A stretch of DNA of 64,000 bases from Eledone cirrhosa (taxonomy: Eukaryota), in the NCBI GenBank assembly GCA_964016885.1, contig OZ024741.1:361088001-361152000 (forward strand). The letters are read 5' to 3'. The translations under genes were made by a program, and so were the position numbers. The notes under the pieces are model-generated. The model was not told the origin of the DNA, searched no databases, and saw only the letters and a list, made by a program, of their open reading frames with translations. Shown one piece after another: positions 37,940 through 52,647 of the stretch (positions within the stretch are counted from its first letter, which is position 1; each line of letters begins with the position of its first letter).

Positions 37940-38852
37940 GTAAAGCAGAGGACCTGCAAAGATTGGAAAGAAATGAAGCCTGCAAGCTCCGATGGATATG
38001 GAATAATAACATACATGAATGGCAAAGCATAAATGAGCTGAAAGAGAAACTGGGTATAAGAAAGATCACATGCGGTGTGCAGGAGAGGAGATTATATTGG
38101 TATAGACATATGATCTGCATGAAGGACGACAGCTGTATAAAAAGATGCACAGTACTCAAAGTTATTGGTAGCTATGGTGTAGGAAGACCTAGGATGACTT
38201 GAGATGAGGTGATAAAATCTGCCCTTGCATGATTGCACCTCTTAAAGATGATGACACAGGTTCAAGATCTTTGATGTTATGCAGTAATACTGAAAACCCA
38301 CCTTCCATTATGCACAGGTTGAAACATACATTCAGTATGCATCACTTCTCTTACCTTCCCCACACATGCCCTGACACCCCTACTTTCCCCATCCACGCCC
38401 TAACACACTACCCTTCCCTGATAAGTCCCCCCATCCTTAGATCTACTTCTCCCACCATGCACTTTCCCCACCCCAACCACTGTAAAGTGGTCGTTTTGGT
38501 GTCACAACAAAAGACACCCTGTCCACACTGTAAAGAAGTCATGTAGGTGTCACAACAAAAAGCACCCAATTCACACTGTAAAGTGGTCATGTGGGTATTA
38601 TGACCCAAAACTCCCAGTCCAGACTGTAAAGTGGTCATGTAGATGTCATGACAAAAAGCACCCAGTACACACTGTAAATGTGGTTAGCATTAAGAAGGAC
38701 ATTCAGCCATAGAAACCAAGCCAAAATCAGTTCTGTATGACCAAGATATGGTCATAAGATTTGACTTATCTCACAACAGAACAACTCGTTTAACCCATGC
38801 TAGCATGGAAAAATGGACATTAAGTGGTGATGATGATGATGATGATTATGAT
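37940..38852 (+). mobile_element. Degenerate RTE LINE 3' end
   Basis: ORF 37933-38202 LERNEACKLRWI...GRPRMT; 48-bp UTR repeats; (GAT)n tail. Confidence 0.82.
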
Positions 38853-39593
38853 GAAGAACAGTATGTTTGAAAAAACCAAATATGTCTCACATTTTTTTGT
38901 AGAACAAAGAATATATTTGTTTTAAAAAATGTATTAATTGTTCTCATTCAAGGTGTTTGATCTTCAACTATTAGTTACGCATATATTGTATATTCTAAAA
39001 ATAAAAAGGAAAGGAAAGACGCCAATTGTCACATCAGAGCAAGGAAACTATGTTTTCATTAGTCTTCCATTGCTGATACTATCTGCTGGTCTCAGATACA
39101 TTTATTCACAAAAAAGACAGTTAGTTGCAAAACCATTATTCGGTAAACTTCTATATTAATTCACAGAGCATCCAATTTCAGGAGGAAATACAATGACTCT
39201 TTAATTTGTCAAATATTTGGTAATGTGTGCAAAAATATATTGTTACTTTCATGATATACCAGGGCATCATTTAGGTACCTCTGATAGTAATACAATAATT
39301 TCAAGTTTTATTTATATACAAGTTTTATTTATAATTTTAGTAGAGTTGACAGAGCTTCGATTAACTGTTTCAATATATTTCATGGTTCTTTACATTCTGA
39401 ATTGAAATACTACCTCCTTCTGCTAGGAGCCGTGACCAGCAAATAGTATCACCAACGTTTTTTTTTGGTCCAATCTAACAACTGGCTTCTTTCCTTTTTT
39501 TTTTTATAAAATTTTATATCCCAAATTGTTGTTAGAGTTATATTTTGGAATTAAAAGCAACAACAAAAAAGGTTAAAATATAAATTTCTTTAA

Positions 39594-40020
39594 GCCTTTA
39601 GTATTTACATTACTCTATATTTACTATTGTATTTTCACGGTAAAGGCTTTATCTTACATAATTATGTCACATACTATCGAATCTATGAAATTTTGATATT
39701 ATTTATTTTGAGAATAATTGTTTCTAATTTAGGCACAAGGCCAGCAATTACCCAGTGCATTACTGGTACTTTATTTTATCGACCCCTTAAGGATGAAAGG
39801 CAAAGTCAACCTCGGCGGGATTTGAACTCAGATCGTAAAGGGACGTAACTATGCTGGAAAGCATGGCGTTCGACCCTCTACCGATACTGCCAATCTACCG
39901 CCCTTTATTTATTTTGAGAATAATACCTTAACGTCGGTATGAGTAGTCGGTTACAGTCAGTTTGTACAGAAAGAGGTGAGAGAATTCTGGCTGGATATTG
40001 CAGGTTTAAATGCTAAAGGG
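39594..40020. mobile_element. piggyBac-type MITE with nested Meta-like SINE (39715-39903, minus)
   Basis: TTAA ends; duplicated ATTTATTTTGAGAATAAT around the SINE. Confidence 0.8.
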
Positions 40021-40899
40021 TTAAAAGGAAAATAATTTTATTTAATAGATACCATATAAGGAAATTTAATGTGACTGGCACATTTATACTTTGATATTCC
40101 TTGCCTACCGACCAAAACCTGATGAACATGTAGTGAATCTTGAGCATTTGAAAGTTGGTAAATCCCATCCTACTTTAGGTCTGACGACAGCTGATATCTT
40201 TCAGAAAGAAACATAAAAGCGACAGAGTGAGAGAGAGAAAAAAAGAATCTAACCCAGTACTCAACTGATACTTTATTTATCAAACTGATATTTTATTTAT
40301 CAACCCTTTAGGGCTGAAAGGTAAAGTTAACACCAGCGGGATTCAAATGGAAAGAAAACCACTGGGTATTTTGTCCTACTCTCTAATGACTCTGCCAATT
40401 TGCTACCCATGCTTTGAATTGGCTTCACTATTGATATTTCATGGAATAAATATTTATTTTCAACCAATGAATAGCCAAGAGTTATTATATTTTCTCATAA
40501 GGAGATTGAATTTATTAAGCTTATTTTATTACTATGTCAATTGCTTTTCTTCGATTTTAGTATGTTATTATTAAATTTCCTTTTATTATTGTTTTAGATT
40601 TGACACCATATAGAAACAATTGACGCTATATATAATTGTTCATATTATTATTAATTGGATGGTTTCTAATAACTATAGCAATTTTAATGGAAAACAAAAT
40701 GGCTATGTTCACATCACAAAAATTGTGGTAAAATGCTGATTAGTTGACATCAATAAATAACCGAGAAGAAGCAAAATGCAATTATTTGCAGACTTTAAAA
40801 TTAGATATAAGAGCAGTTAACACAACATAAAAATTCAGGTGGCTATAAATCTAAAATTATTGCATCAACTTTGTGTTCTTAAATATGTTTTTCTTTTTG

Positions 40900-41295
40900 T
40901 TGTTGCAATTGCAAATTCAAATGAAGAGAAGTGCTATAGTTTTCTATAATAGCCCAGATATATTACACAGTTGAATATGATCATTCATACAACAAAACTT
41001 TACAAAGATTCAAAAATGGCCACCAAAATTTGTTGTAGTAAAACTATTCTGAACTGTGGGTACCAAAGTGTAAGAAAAGATAATGTTAAAAGTAACATGG
41101 AATGATTTAACATAATCTTTACATATTTACCTGCAAAGAATAAAAATGTGAAAACATATATTCCTAGTATAAATTCAATATTTCAACAGCGAATATGATA
41201 TTGCAAACAGCTTAGTTAATATTTTTTGAAAATATAGAAGAAAGTGCTGATGGAATATTTAAATCTTTGAAAAGCACTATGGACAAATTGCTGTA
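40900..41295 (+). pseudogene. Possible hAT transposase remnant
   Basis: Broken frames give YKDSKMATKICCSKT and QYFNSEYDIANSLVN..ENIEESADGIFKSLK. Confidence 0.35.
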
Positions 41296-42572
41296 AAAAA
41301 GTATCTTGTTTGAGTGCAGATATGTATGTATGGTCCCATAACTCCTGATAGAGTTGTAGGGGCACTGTATCGACATATGGCGTTTCTTGGGCATTTTAAG
41401 CCTGGTGGAGCCTATCTCTCTCCAGGCCCAAGTACAGCAGATTTCTTCCAGAGAAGGATAGAAAATGAGAGAAAGGAAATGAGAAAGAAATATAGAGGAA
41501 GAATTGACCTATAACGAAAAGAGAGTCATATGCCTACTTATACCTTTTAATAATTACATGTTGAAACTTCTGTGGACCTTGTTTATCACAAACAATTGTA
41601 TAATTTAATTCCCTCTAGAGGAGGTCTTAAGAAAATACTTTGGTTGGTGTGGTCCCTCTTCTGTACTTGCTGTGACAGGCTTCTGGCATCCATGTGTAAA
41701 TAATTATCCTTTTTAACACTCAATTCGATATAAACACATATTTATTGTTAGAAAGCTGAATTTCTATACACACAGAGGGATATAAGAAATGAAAGCAATT
41801 ACTGGCCTTTAGGTTGAAGCTAGGCAGGTACTGGGTACTGCCTAGAAGAAAACAGGAAATGTTGAATATCTCATATCGCAATAGAACAATTCCTGAAATG
41901 TGGAATACGTCTCGTTGATAAATGTTCAGTTCCTCCTTACAGGATTATATAAGGATTACAGTAGGAGCTATTCTGTAGTAGGTCTTCTCATGTTGCTGGC
42001 CAGGGTCCTCTCCTTCGTGTGTTAGGGGGTTTTCATGAGGAGGAGGCGAGAATGTATTCATACGCGATCTAATACGATAGGTTTGTTTAACCAAATCACA
42101 TATGAAATAATGCTATTGCAAGGTATGAAGTAGTTCTGCTTTTTTTATCTACCTCGAAAAGATGAAAGGCACCTCCATTAGTTTGGTCATACACTCTGTT
42201 GCCCACCACATGAAAAACTCATTTGCAATGCAGTTGCACCTGAGCCTCTCCTAGGATAGCATAAGCAGCAAGGTAAACAGAAAATATGGATTGGCATGAT
42301 CAATCAGAGCTTGAGCTAATACCTGTGGATGTACTAGTTGGAGTTGGCTCAACTCACCCTAGGTGAACCTTAACACAAGTACAAATACAGTTAATACAAA
42401 TTACAATTTTTAAAACAAATAATCTTTGCATAATAACATCCTTACATTGAATGAAAATGTTATTAAAGCTAATTGTCACCTGTATATTTTGCATAAAATT
42501 GCAAAATTTGTTTTGTAAAATTTGAGAGGGGAACAGAAAATATGGATGAAATATTTGATGAAGTAACATTAA

Positions 42573-42782
42573 CCCTTTTGCATTTATATTACTTTATATT
42601 TACTATTGTATTTTTGTGGTAAACACTATATCTTACATAATATCTCTCATAATATCAAATCTATGAGATTTTGATATTAGTTATTTTGAGAACAATACCT
42701 TAACATCAGTATGAGCAGCCGGTTTGAACAGAAAGAGGTGAGAGAATTCTGGTTGGATATGGCTTGTTTAAATGCTAAAGGT
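42573..42782. mobile_element. piggyBac-type MITE
   Basis: TTAA TSD, same body as 21988-22208. Confidence 0.8.
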
Positions 42783-43030
42783 TTAATAAGAAACAGCAAG
42801 GAAATACCCCACGTTTTCTCAAAACACATAACAACAAGTAGCAACAGGCAGGCGATTTTTTAAAAATAGCAGTGTTAAATGTGTGAACATTTTCAAAATA
42901 GCTTCATTTGTGTTTTTAATTCCTGGAACTTCAGTATACTGTGAATGAATTTTTAGTATAAGTTGTTTAAATGCATAGATGAAATAAACATACATTTGGT
43001 TAAACTATTAAAGAGTGAACTTTTGATATA

Positions 43031-45200
43031 CAATGGTACCTTGACTTACAAGTTTAATTCATTCCGTGACGGAGCTCATAACTCAAATTACTGGTACATC
43101 AAATCAATTTTCCCCATTGAAATGAATTGAAATACCATTAATCCGTTCTGGCCCCACCCAAAAAACACTGCAATTTTTTTTTTTTGTTAGGTGTTTTTAA
43201 ATAAGAAAAATGTACTTATGAATAACGAATATTGTATAAAAAAAAACAATACACTAAAACTTGTTTTATTAAGTATGATGTACAGCATTTACCTTGGAGA
43301 TCAGACGACTTGAAGATGCTAACGAAGTTAGAGGCGAAGTTAGAATCTTATTTGCTGATTTTTGCCCTTTTCTTCACGCTTTCCTCACTTTTATCTGCAT
43401 TGAGTTTTCAATAAAAACCTGTCCAATGAGGTTTCTTTCATCCTCCCCTTCAGAATGTTTCTGAAATGAGTCAGGCAAGTGTCACTAAATAGCGCTGCCG
43501 TACGCCTAGTTGCAACTTTTTCTGGGTGTTTCTTTTGAATAAAGTCTGAAAGTTTCTCCCACATTCCCAATATTTCCTTTAACTCACTTGTAGAGATAAC
43601 CTCCTCCGCCTCCTCCACGTCACCTATTTCCTACAAAACCTTCATGTGCTGCTGTGTTTGTAGCTCCTTTAGTTCCTCCGTTGTCAGTGCTCCTCGTTGA
43701 GCTCATTGATGTCACCTTCATCAATGTCCACTACCGCTTCAAGTTCAAGTCTTTCAAAGTCCGTTTCAGACACAACCTCAGGCCACAGCTTCTTCTATGC
43801 AGAGGTCAAGATCCCCTTTGTAACACCCTGCCAGGCCATATCGATAATTCTGAAGCTTATAGCAATGTCCTTCGTGAACTCTCGAAGGGTGAGGTTTGTG
43901 CTCCCTGTCACCTCAAAGCAGCAGCAGAACAGGTGTTTGGTGAAGAGCTTCTTGAAATTAGAAATCACCTGCTGGTCTGTGAGTTGCAGGATAGAGGTGG
44001 TGTTCGGTGAAAGGTAGAGACCCTTTATAAACTTGAACTCTTCAAGGATGTCATCTTCGAGGTTAGTTGGGTGAGCAGGTGCATTGTCCAGGACGAGAAG
44101 GGTTTGCAAGGGTAAGTTATTTTCTTGGAGATATTTCTTAACGTCAGGACCAAAGACCAAATTCACCCACTCCACAAAGAACTGCCTGGTGACCCACGCC
44201 TTCAGGTTTGCCCTCCACATAACCTGCAGTTTTTCTTTCAGAATCTTATGTGACTTAAAGACTCTGGGGTTTTCCAAATGATAAATGAGCAGCGGCTTAA
44301 TCTTGCAGTTGCTGCTCGCATTGGCACACAGTGCGAAGGTTAGCCTATCCTTCATGGGTTTGTGGCCTGACATCCTGATCTCCTCTGCTGTTATATAAGT
44401 CCTCCTTGGCATCTTCTTCCAAAAAAGACTTGCTGGGGGATGTATCCTTTGGCTGCTATAATTCCGGCAAATGTTTTGAGGTAATCCTCAGCTGCCTTCA
44501 TATCCGTGCTCGCTGCCTCACCATGCCTGACAATGGAGAGAATGCCGGTCCTCATTTAAAAATTCTTGAACCAGCCCTGACTGGCTTTAAATGGCTTGCC
44601 CAATGCCTTGTCCGTCAAAGTGCCTGGGGTCTGCTGCAGCAAATCAGCGTAAATAGCTTGTGCCTTCTCGCATACTATAGCCTCTGTCATGGTATCTCCT
44701 GTGAGTTGCTTCAACCACACCATCAACAGCTTTTCCACATTTTTTCATGCTAGTGTGGAAGATAGATGTTAAACGATGATGATGATGATGATGATGATGA
44801 GATGTCCACTGTTTAGAAGTTATTTTAACGCCATTGGCTTTATTGACTCTTTCTGCTTCAGTATGATGCAGATCATAGAAGTGATACACTTGGACTGCTT
44901 CACCAAGTCGACTACATGCACCTCTCGGTCATGTTTTTTGATAATTTCTTTCTTTAATTTAATGCACATCATCTGCTTCTTCTTCTCAACACTGTCCTTC
45001 GCGCTCACTTTCTTTGAACCCATGAGATGCTGGGCGGATATTACGGTGTTCACTGTGGCGGTCGCTACACGGATGGGTTATCTAAAGCTGGCTCATATCC
45101 CGAATTTTAGCTCGCAATTCAAAGCAAAAAATAGGCTGAGAGACAGCTTGTATCTCGAAAAACTCGTTAGTTGGGACACTCGTAGGTCAAGGTACCACTG
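43031..45200 (-). mobile_element. Tigger/pogo DNA transposon (near full length, defective)
   Basis: TA TSD; TIR CAATGGTACCTTGACTTACAAGT / ACTCGTAGGTCAAGGTACCACTG; HTH-psq (44820-45053), CENP-B HTH (44556-44738), DDE_1 (43795-44412: KDRLT, KAW, LVLDNAPAH, PNTTSILQLTDQQVI). Confidence 0.93.
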
Positions 45201-45357
45201 TATTTATATTTATGAGATAGTTTTAGATTTTTCAGAAAAAATATAAAATGATACTATTTTGCCAAAGTATGCAAAAGACCAGAAAAAAACAGTATAAAAA
45301 AATTAATAGTGCTTAGGTGATGTAATGTATTTAAAAGTAACATTAGGTATAATTTAA

Positions 45358-45845
45358 GGAATAGGCTATGTAGCCAGTCCCAGTAAAAAAGACTCCCCAG
45401 GCTATTTAGCCGGTAAGAGTGTCAGACACCATGAGTTGCAGCCCGAGTTAAGATAATTGTTAAGACAATTTGAAATCTTTTCACCCATCAATTGTTAAAA
45501 AACAAGTTAAAATGTTTTAGTCGTCATCTTATAATTCTGCTTGTGTTTCATCCATTTGTAACGTACATTATGCTTTAGTTAAATACACACACATCTACTG
45601 AATTCCATGGCTTAAGAATTTTAACAGAGTCAAATATTTTGGAAATTAAGAATTTTAGCAGTAAGTCATGACCTGGGTTAAAGATAGTAGTCACTATCTG
45701 GTTTCTAAAACACTACTTATAATTTAGTGATAAAATAAGCTTCTGGGACCCCGCCTAGAGTTGTGTCCCTTTAAGGTTTACCGGAAAAATAAACTTAAAA
45801 AGCATGTTTGTCTATTTTACCGGGACTGGCTATGTAACCTATTCG
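45358..45845. mobile_element. Kolobok-like MITE
   Basis: TTAA|GGAATAGGCTATGTAGCCAGTCCCAGTAAAA ... TTTTACCGGGACTGGCTATGTAACCTATTC. Confidence 0.6.
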
Positions 45846-46644
45846 ATAATTTAAATCATTATGTCAATTAGTTTACTAATATAATGTAATAATTATATAT
45901 CTATAAATTTAAACATTTATTTTGACATTTTTGTTTTCAAAGTTGACACTCTTGACACCCCTGAGCAGGACTGGTGCTACCATTAAAGCCGATATTTAGA
46001 AGGCTGCCTGGGATGGAAACCCCAGAGAGGTGCATTGAAAGATCACAGTCTCCTACATATTTGTATAATGTAATTGAATATAGTAGTATCAATAAATAAA
46101 TCTTTTCTGCTTAGCATCAGTGTAGAGGATCATATGATGTAATGACATTGTTATTTGATGTGGGTGAGTGGGGATTGTGTAGTAGAAAATGCAGGCATAG
46201 TAATTTTCTTAGCAAGAAGTGTCGAAAATTAGATTTGTCATATTGGGAGAATTTGTTACTCTCTAAAATGCTAGGTTAGCATATAAAAAAAAATATTCCT
46301 GCCAAGATTAGCTTTGCCTTTCATCCTTATAATGTTACATCATATCTGGTGGCCATATTACTATCTGTTACCTGAGACCTATTCTCTAGCAGAACAGCTC
46401 TTTATTTCTCTATATGTGTAATTAGTATTTGAAAGTATTTTTACCCTACTAACTGTTATAACCACCAATATCTAAATGTTATATATTTATGTGGGTGTGT
46501 GAACAAATTTCTATTGTATTTCATTTTCAATGTAAGTAATCTATGGCTGTCAATTTGACAGAGTCGATAGAGCAGTTCCAGTTCTTTGCATTTTGAATTC
46601 AAATCTCACCGTTGTTTGATTTGGTTTTCATCTTTTTGGATTAA

Positions 46645-47316
46645 CCCTTTAGCATTTACATTTACAGGTGCATGGCTTAGTGGTTAGAGCATTGGGCTTG
46701 CAATCGAAAGGTTGTGAGTCCAATTCTCGGACTGGGTGATGTGTTGTTTCCTTGAGCAAGACACTTTATTTCACATTGCTTCAGTTTACTCAGCTGTAGA
46801 AATGAGATGATAGGACTGGGTTCCCTATCATTCCACTGCAAAGTGGTCGTGGAGGTACTACGGCAAAAAAGCACCCAGCCCACACTGTAAAGTGGACGTG
46901 TAGGCGCCACGGAGAAAAAGCACCCAGCACTCACTGTAAATGAGGTTGGTGTTAGGAAGGGCATCCAGCTGTAGAAATCAAGCCATAATCAGTTCCCATA
47001 TGAGCAAGACAAGGTCAGCCGACCGGACACTGCCCACAATAGGACAACCCGTCTAACTCATGCTAGCATGGAAGAACGGACGTAAAATGGTGATGATGAC
47101 AATGATGATGATTACTTTATATTTACTTTTATATTTTCACAGTAAAGGCTTTACCTCACACAATTATCTCACATAATATTGAATCTATGAGATTTTGATA
47201 TCATTTATTTTGAGAACAATACTTTAACATCAGTATGAGTGGCTGGTTACAGCTAGTTTGAACGGAAAGAGGTGAGAGAATTCTGGCCAGATATGGTCGG
47301 TTTAAATGCTAAAGGG
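46645..47316. mobile_element. piggyBac-type MITE with nested SINE/RTE chimera
   Basis: TTAA-CCCTTTAGCATT ... AATGCTAAAGGG-TTAA; insertion ~46665-47110. Confidence 0.8.
46665..47110 (+). mobile_element. tRNA/CORE SINE head fused to RTE subfamily-2 3' UTR
   Basis: TGGCTTAGTGGTTAG head, CCTTGAGCAAGACACTT, then 46835-47110 matching 52130-52400. Confidence 0.7.
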
Positions 47317-49179
47317 TTAAAAAAGCACTAATCCAATGCTGGTATAGCCCTCTATGTCTTACTAACTGTCACATTCTGGATGTTCTATGGATCAAGGGAG
47401 TGTCTGTTTCTGTTCACAACTGCATCATCATCATCATCATCATTATCATCATCAGCACTGTTTAATGTCTATTTTCAAGGTTCACGTGGATTAGATGGGT
47501 TGTTACATACTGAGGCTTTACTGGTCAGATGACCACATGCTTCATTTTTGGCTTGGTTTTTATGACTGGATGTCCTTCCTAATTCGAACCACTTTACAGC
47601 ATGTACTTAGAACATGGTTTCTATGGCTGAATGTCCTTCCTAACACCAACCATTTTACAGCATGTATTAGGAGCATTTAACCTTGACTCCAGCACTATCA
47701 CCTTACATGTAGAGGTACGTGGATTGTACCTAATTCAAATGCCCAGTCATGTCACACATTGTGTCTGGCTTAGAATTACATTAAGGGTACAAGTGTTTGT
47801 GGAATCCTTAACTGACTTCTGTCAGTTCCAACAATGAGTGTTCCATAGAAACCGAGCCAGAAACAGTTCTACATGAGCAAGACAATCACCTGACCTGACT
47901 TGCCTCAAACGGGACAACCTGTCTAAACCATGTTAGTGCGGAAAATGGATGTTAAACGACGATGATGATGATGATATATATATATATGTATGTGTGTGAT
48001 TTTGTGGCTACCAATATCTAATACTTAAAAATTATACTAAGTAGGACAACAACCAAATTTTTTTAAAAAATAAAAACAACAGAGTAACCTAAGAAGCACC
48101 ATTAAATTGCACACTAGCATGATCTGCTATTATACATTTTGTGCAAGTATTCTGTGATATAACTGCAATGCTTAATGCTGCAATTGTTCAGAGAGAGAGA
48201 GTGAGAGAGATATTGAGCAGGCAGTGACAACAACAGTGAGTGTCTGCCAAGCTATCTACAAAAAATTAAGCAGGGAATCATCTGAGAGCTGGGCAAAATC
48301 ATAACAATTCTAAAAGACATCAAAATCCAAAGTGAAATAAAAAATAAATCTGCAGAGTCATTAAGGCATTGGATTAAATGTCTCAGTAATTGTTCAGACT
48401 CCCAATACTCTGAGTTCAAATTCCACTCAAGTTAATTTTGCGTTTCATTCTTCCAAAGTTGTTAAATAAAGTCCAGGAGCAATGGATTGTCAGGATTGTT
48501 AAAGAGTCTTATAGGATGTTTTACAGTATTTGTTCTGGCTCTGTGTGGTCTGAGTTCAAATGCTGCCTTCTATCACTGGAAATAAGGAAAGACTTCTGTC
48601 AGAAGTATCAACAGTGAAGAGACCAATAAAAATATAGGTTTCTTGGTCTGATCTGATAATCAGCTCCATTCCTGCGCTAGAACAAGATGGCACACAATGA
48701 AATCGAATATGAAACCAACAGAGTTGCAAACAAACTTCTTAGCCACATAGCCATGTGTACACAAAATATTTTAAATATGTATCTTGTCTCTACTTGAGAG
48801 AATATCCAGAGTAGATAATATAATCTTCAGGAATAAATTTTGGCAAACTTAAAACAGCTGACATTTTGAAAGTTTGCCAAAACCAACAATTAAATAAAAC
48901 CCAAATGTAAAATATATAATATAACAATACAGAATATGATATATGACATAAATATCTAATATATCAAAATATAAATAAAATAATAATATATAATACGATA
49001 CTATACAATATAAAATATAATATATATATATATTATATAATATATAATGGGTACAGGCACGGTTGTTAGGTTAAGGTGTTTGCTTCACAACCATATGGTT
49101 CTGGGTTCAATCTCTGTGTATTGACCAATGCTTTATGAATGGATTTTGATCGACAGAAATTACAGAAGCCCATCATGAA

Positions 49180-49380
49180 GGCCCATGGAGCAGTAGTTAG
49201 GGTGTTGAACTTATGATCATAATGTCATAGATTTAATTCTTGGACTGGTTGGTGCATTGTGTTCTTGAGCAAAATATATCATTTCGTGTTGCTCCAGTCC
49301 ACTCACCTGAGTTAACCCTGCGATGGACTGGCCTTCTGTCCCTCAACCACATAATGCTAATAAAACAGGGATAATCACCA
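49180..49380 (+). mobile_element. CORE-like tRNA SINE
   Basis: Similar to 34985-35130. Confidence 0.6.
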
Positions 49381-49662
49381 AAAAAAAGTAACTGGGAAAA
49401 AGTTAAAGAGGAGAGAAATCATATGATGTCATAAATATTGTTTAATGTCCATTTTTCCACACTAGCATGGGTTAGACAGGTTGTGAGACAGGTCAGGTGA
49501 CCGTGTTTTGCTCATACAGAACTGCTTCTGACATGGTTTCTATGGCTAGATGCTCTTCCTAATGCCAACCACATTTACACCAACCACATTTACACCAGTG
49601 TGAGCTGGGTGCTTTTTGTTGTGTCACCAACACAACCCCTTTACATGGGGAGAACTGGATGC

Positions 49663-49694
<32 letters not shown>

Positions 49695-49729
49695 CGAGAA
49701 TGCAAGGACTCCTCCTCTTTATTTCGGCC

Positions 49730-51192
49730 GTTATCTGGTGGGCCCTTAGAAAACTAGGGGTTGATGAATGGCTTGTGAGAGCTATACAAGCCATGTATAA
49801 AGAAACAGTCAGCAAGGTTAGAATTAACAACGAATATAGTGAAGAATTTAGCGTAAAAGTTGGTGTCCATCAGTGTCCATCTTTAGCCCCCTCCTATTTA
49901 TTATTGCCCTTCAGGCTATAACAGATGAGTTCAAGACCGGCTGCCCATGGGAACTTCTCTATGCAGACGATCTAACGCTCATAGCTGAATCAATGGCTGA
50001 ACTAGAGAAGAAATTCCAAACATGGAAGCATGGCCTAGAATCAAAAGGCCTTAAAGTTAACTCTCTGGGAAATGGCCATGCTCAGTGTGTAGGAAAGGAG
50101 TAGGCAGAAATTCCATTTTATGTCCCAAATGCAAAGTGTGGGTGCATAAAAGATGTAGTGGGATCACAGGTAAGCTATCTAAGAACGTAGATTTTATATG
50201 TGGCCGGTGCTCAGGTGCAATAAGTAGCAAGCGCCCACATGATACTAGCTCCTTCTATTGCCCAGATGGGTGACAAAATCAGCAGTGGTGCTCAGAAAGT
50301 ACAGTAGCCAGAGTCAGAACGGGATGGAAAAAGTTCAGAGAGCTTATACCACTATTGGCCACTAAAGGTTTCTCTCTAAAAATGAAAGGCACACTGTATG
50401 ATGCCTGCATACGAACAGCTATATTACATGGCAGTGAGACATGGGCATTGTGTGCAGATGATCTGCACAGACTGGAGAGGAACAAAGCATGCATGCTCCG
50501 CTGGATGTGTAATAGTAATATATGTGAACAGCAAAGCATAAATGAACTAAGTGAGAAATTAGGTATAAGAGGGATCAGATGCTGTTTACTCGAGAGAAGA
50601 CTACGTTGGTATGGCCACGTGATGCGCATGAAAGACGACAGCTGTATAAAAAAGTGCAGGGTGATCAAAATTGACAGAAGTTACGGAGTAGGCAGACCCA
50701 GAAAAACCTGGGACGATTTGATAAATTCTGACCTTACACACTTGCACCTCTCTAAGACAATGTCACTGGACCGAGATCTTTGGCGCTACACAGTAATACA
50801 GAAAACCCACCTTGCCTAAGTACAAAGTGAAACCTACAGTCAGTAGGCACCTCTTAATCAAATATACACCCCCTCCCACTACCCCACGCCCATCAACACC
50901 ACCCCTTTCTCTGTAAAGTTATGTTGGTACCACAACATCCAGTCCTAAATAAATGAGGTCGTGTAGGTGTCATGGCAAAAAAAAAAAATACACAGTCCAC
51001 GCTGTAATGTGGCCATGTAGGTAACATGGTAAAAACCTCCCAGTCCACACTGTAAATGTGGTTGGTGTTAGGAAAGGCATCCAGCTGTAGAAAACCTGCC
51101 AGACAGTTCCATACGAGTGAGACGACCAATCTTGCCTCAAGTGGGACAATTCCCGTCTAAACCCATGTTAGCGTGGAAGATGATGATGATGA

Positions 51193-51195
<3 letters not shown>
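49730..51195 (+). mobile_element. 5'-truncated RTE LINE (subfamily 1) with internal deletions
   Basis: ORFs 49616-49921, 49873-50103, 50085-50273, 50355-50819; (GAT)n tail. Confidence 0.9.
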
Positions 51196-51246
<51 letters not shown>

Positions 51247-51689
51247 AAACCATATATATATACATATACTTACATGTGTGTGCGTCTATGTTTATGTTTG
51301 CAACTAGCTCTTTATGTTTGTAACTTAGTGGTGGAACAAAAGAGAGATTGATAAAAGAAGTAGCAGGCTTGAAAAAATAAATATTGCAGTCAATATAATC
51401 AATTAAATCAAAGCAGTGCTCCAGCTTGGCCACAGTTGAATGACTAAAACCAGCAAAAGAATACATGAAGAAAGTATAGTTTAATATAATACTTCAAATA
51501 TACAATATATGATATAGAAATAGAAATATATAAATCTTTATCATCATCGTCATTTAATGTCTGTTTTTACGGCTAATAAAATTATAATATAAGTATATAA
51601 TATAATACTATAAAAGCAAACTTCAGTATTAACACCTTGTTGAAATTACTCTAGGTTATGCTTGTATATGCATATATATAAGACTGTGA

Positions 51690-52405
51690 ATCATCATCAC
51701 CATTTTAAGTCCATTCTTCCATGCCAGCATGGGTTAAACGAGTTGTCCTGTTGTGGGCAACGCCAGGTCAGGTGACCATGTCTTGCTCATACAGAACTGA
51801 TTTTAGCTTGGTTTCTAAATCTGGATACCCTTCCTAATGCCAACCACATTTACAGTGAGTACTGGATGCTTTTTACCGTGGTGCCTACATGATCACTTTA
51901 CAGTCTGGACTGGGTGCTTTTTGTTGGGACGCCTACACAACCACTTTACAGAGTGGGCTGGGTGCTTTTTGTCATGACTGTATATATGCTTCAGCTTCGG
52001 CCTGTGCCCGTGGGAAGTCAATATATATTAGTGATACAGGGTAATAATACGCAGTAATACAGGGTACCCGACCTCCCATGGGTACATGCTGAAGCATATA
52101 AACAATATGCCCCCACTCCCCCCCCCCCACCGCAAGGTGGTCGTGGAGGTGCCACGGCAAAAAAGCACCCAGCCCACACTGTAAAGTGGTCGTGTAGGCG
52201 CCACGAAAAAGCACCCAGCACTCACTGTAAATGAGGTTGGTGTTAGGAAGGGCATCCAGCTGTAGAAATCAAGCCAGATCAGTTCCTGTATGAGCAAGGC
52301 ATGGTCAGCCGACCAGACACTGCCCACAACAGGACAACCCGTCTAACCCATGCTAGCGTGGAAGAACGGACGTAAAACGGTGATGATGATGATGATGATG
52401 ATGAT
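51690..52405. mobile_element. Two RTE 3' ends in opposite orientation (51690-52020 minus; 52045-52405 plus)
   Basis: UTR similarity and (CAT)n/(GAT)n tails. Confidence 0.75.
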
Positions 52406-52647
52406 ATATATATGTATCTGCATATGCATGTGTATGTGAATATATATATGAATGTGAGTATGTATATCTGTGTATGTATAGGTGTGTCTATGTTTCTGTA
52501 TGCATATGTATGTATATGTATGTACATAGCTTTGTATGTAGGCAGATATGTTTGTATGAATGTATATATGTGTGTGTGTGTATGTCTATGTATGTATGTA
52601 TGTATGTTCTTCTGATTTTATAATTTTATACATTTTTACCAATAGAG

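Noticed and set aside
40119-40165. CTGATGA motif
   Set aside because: No correctly placed GAAA or pairing stems.
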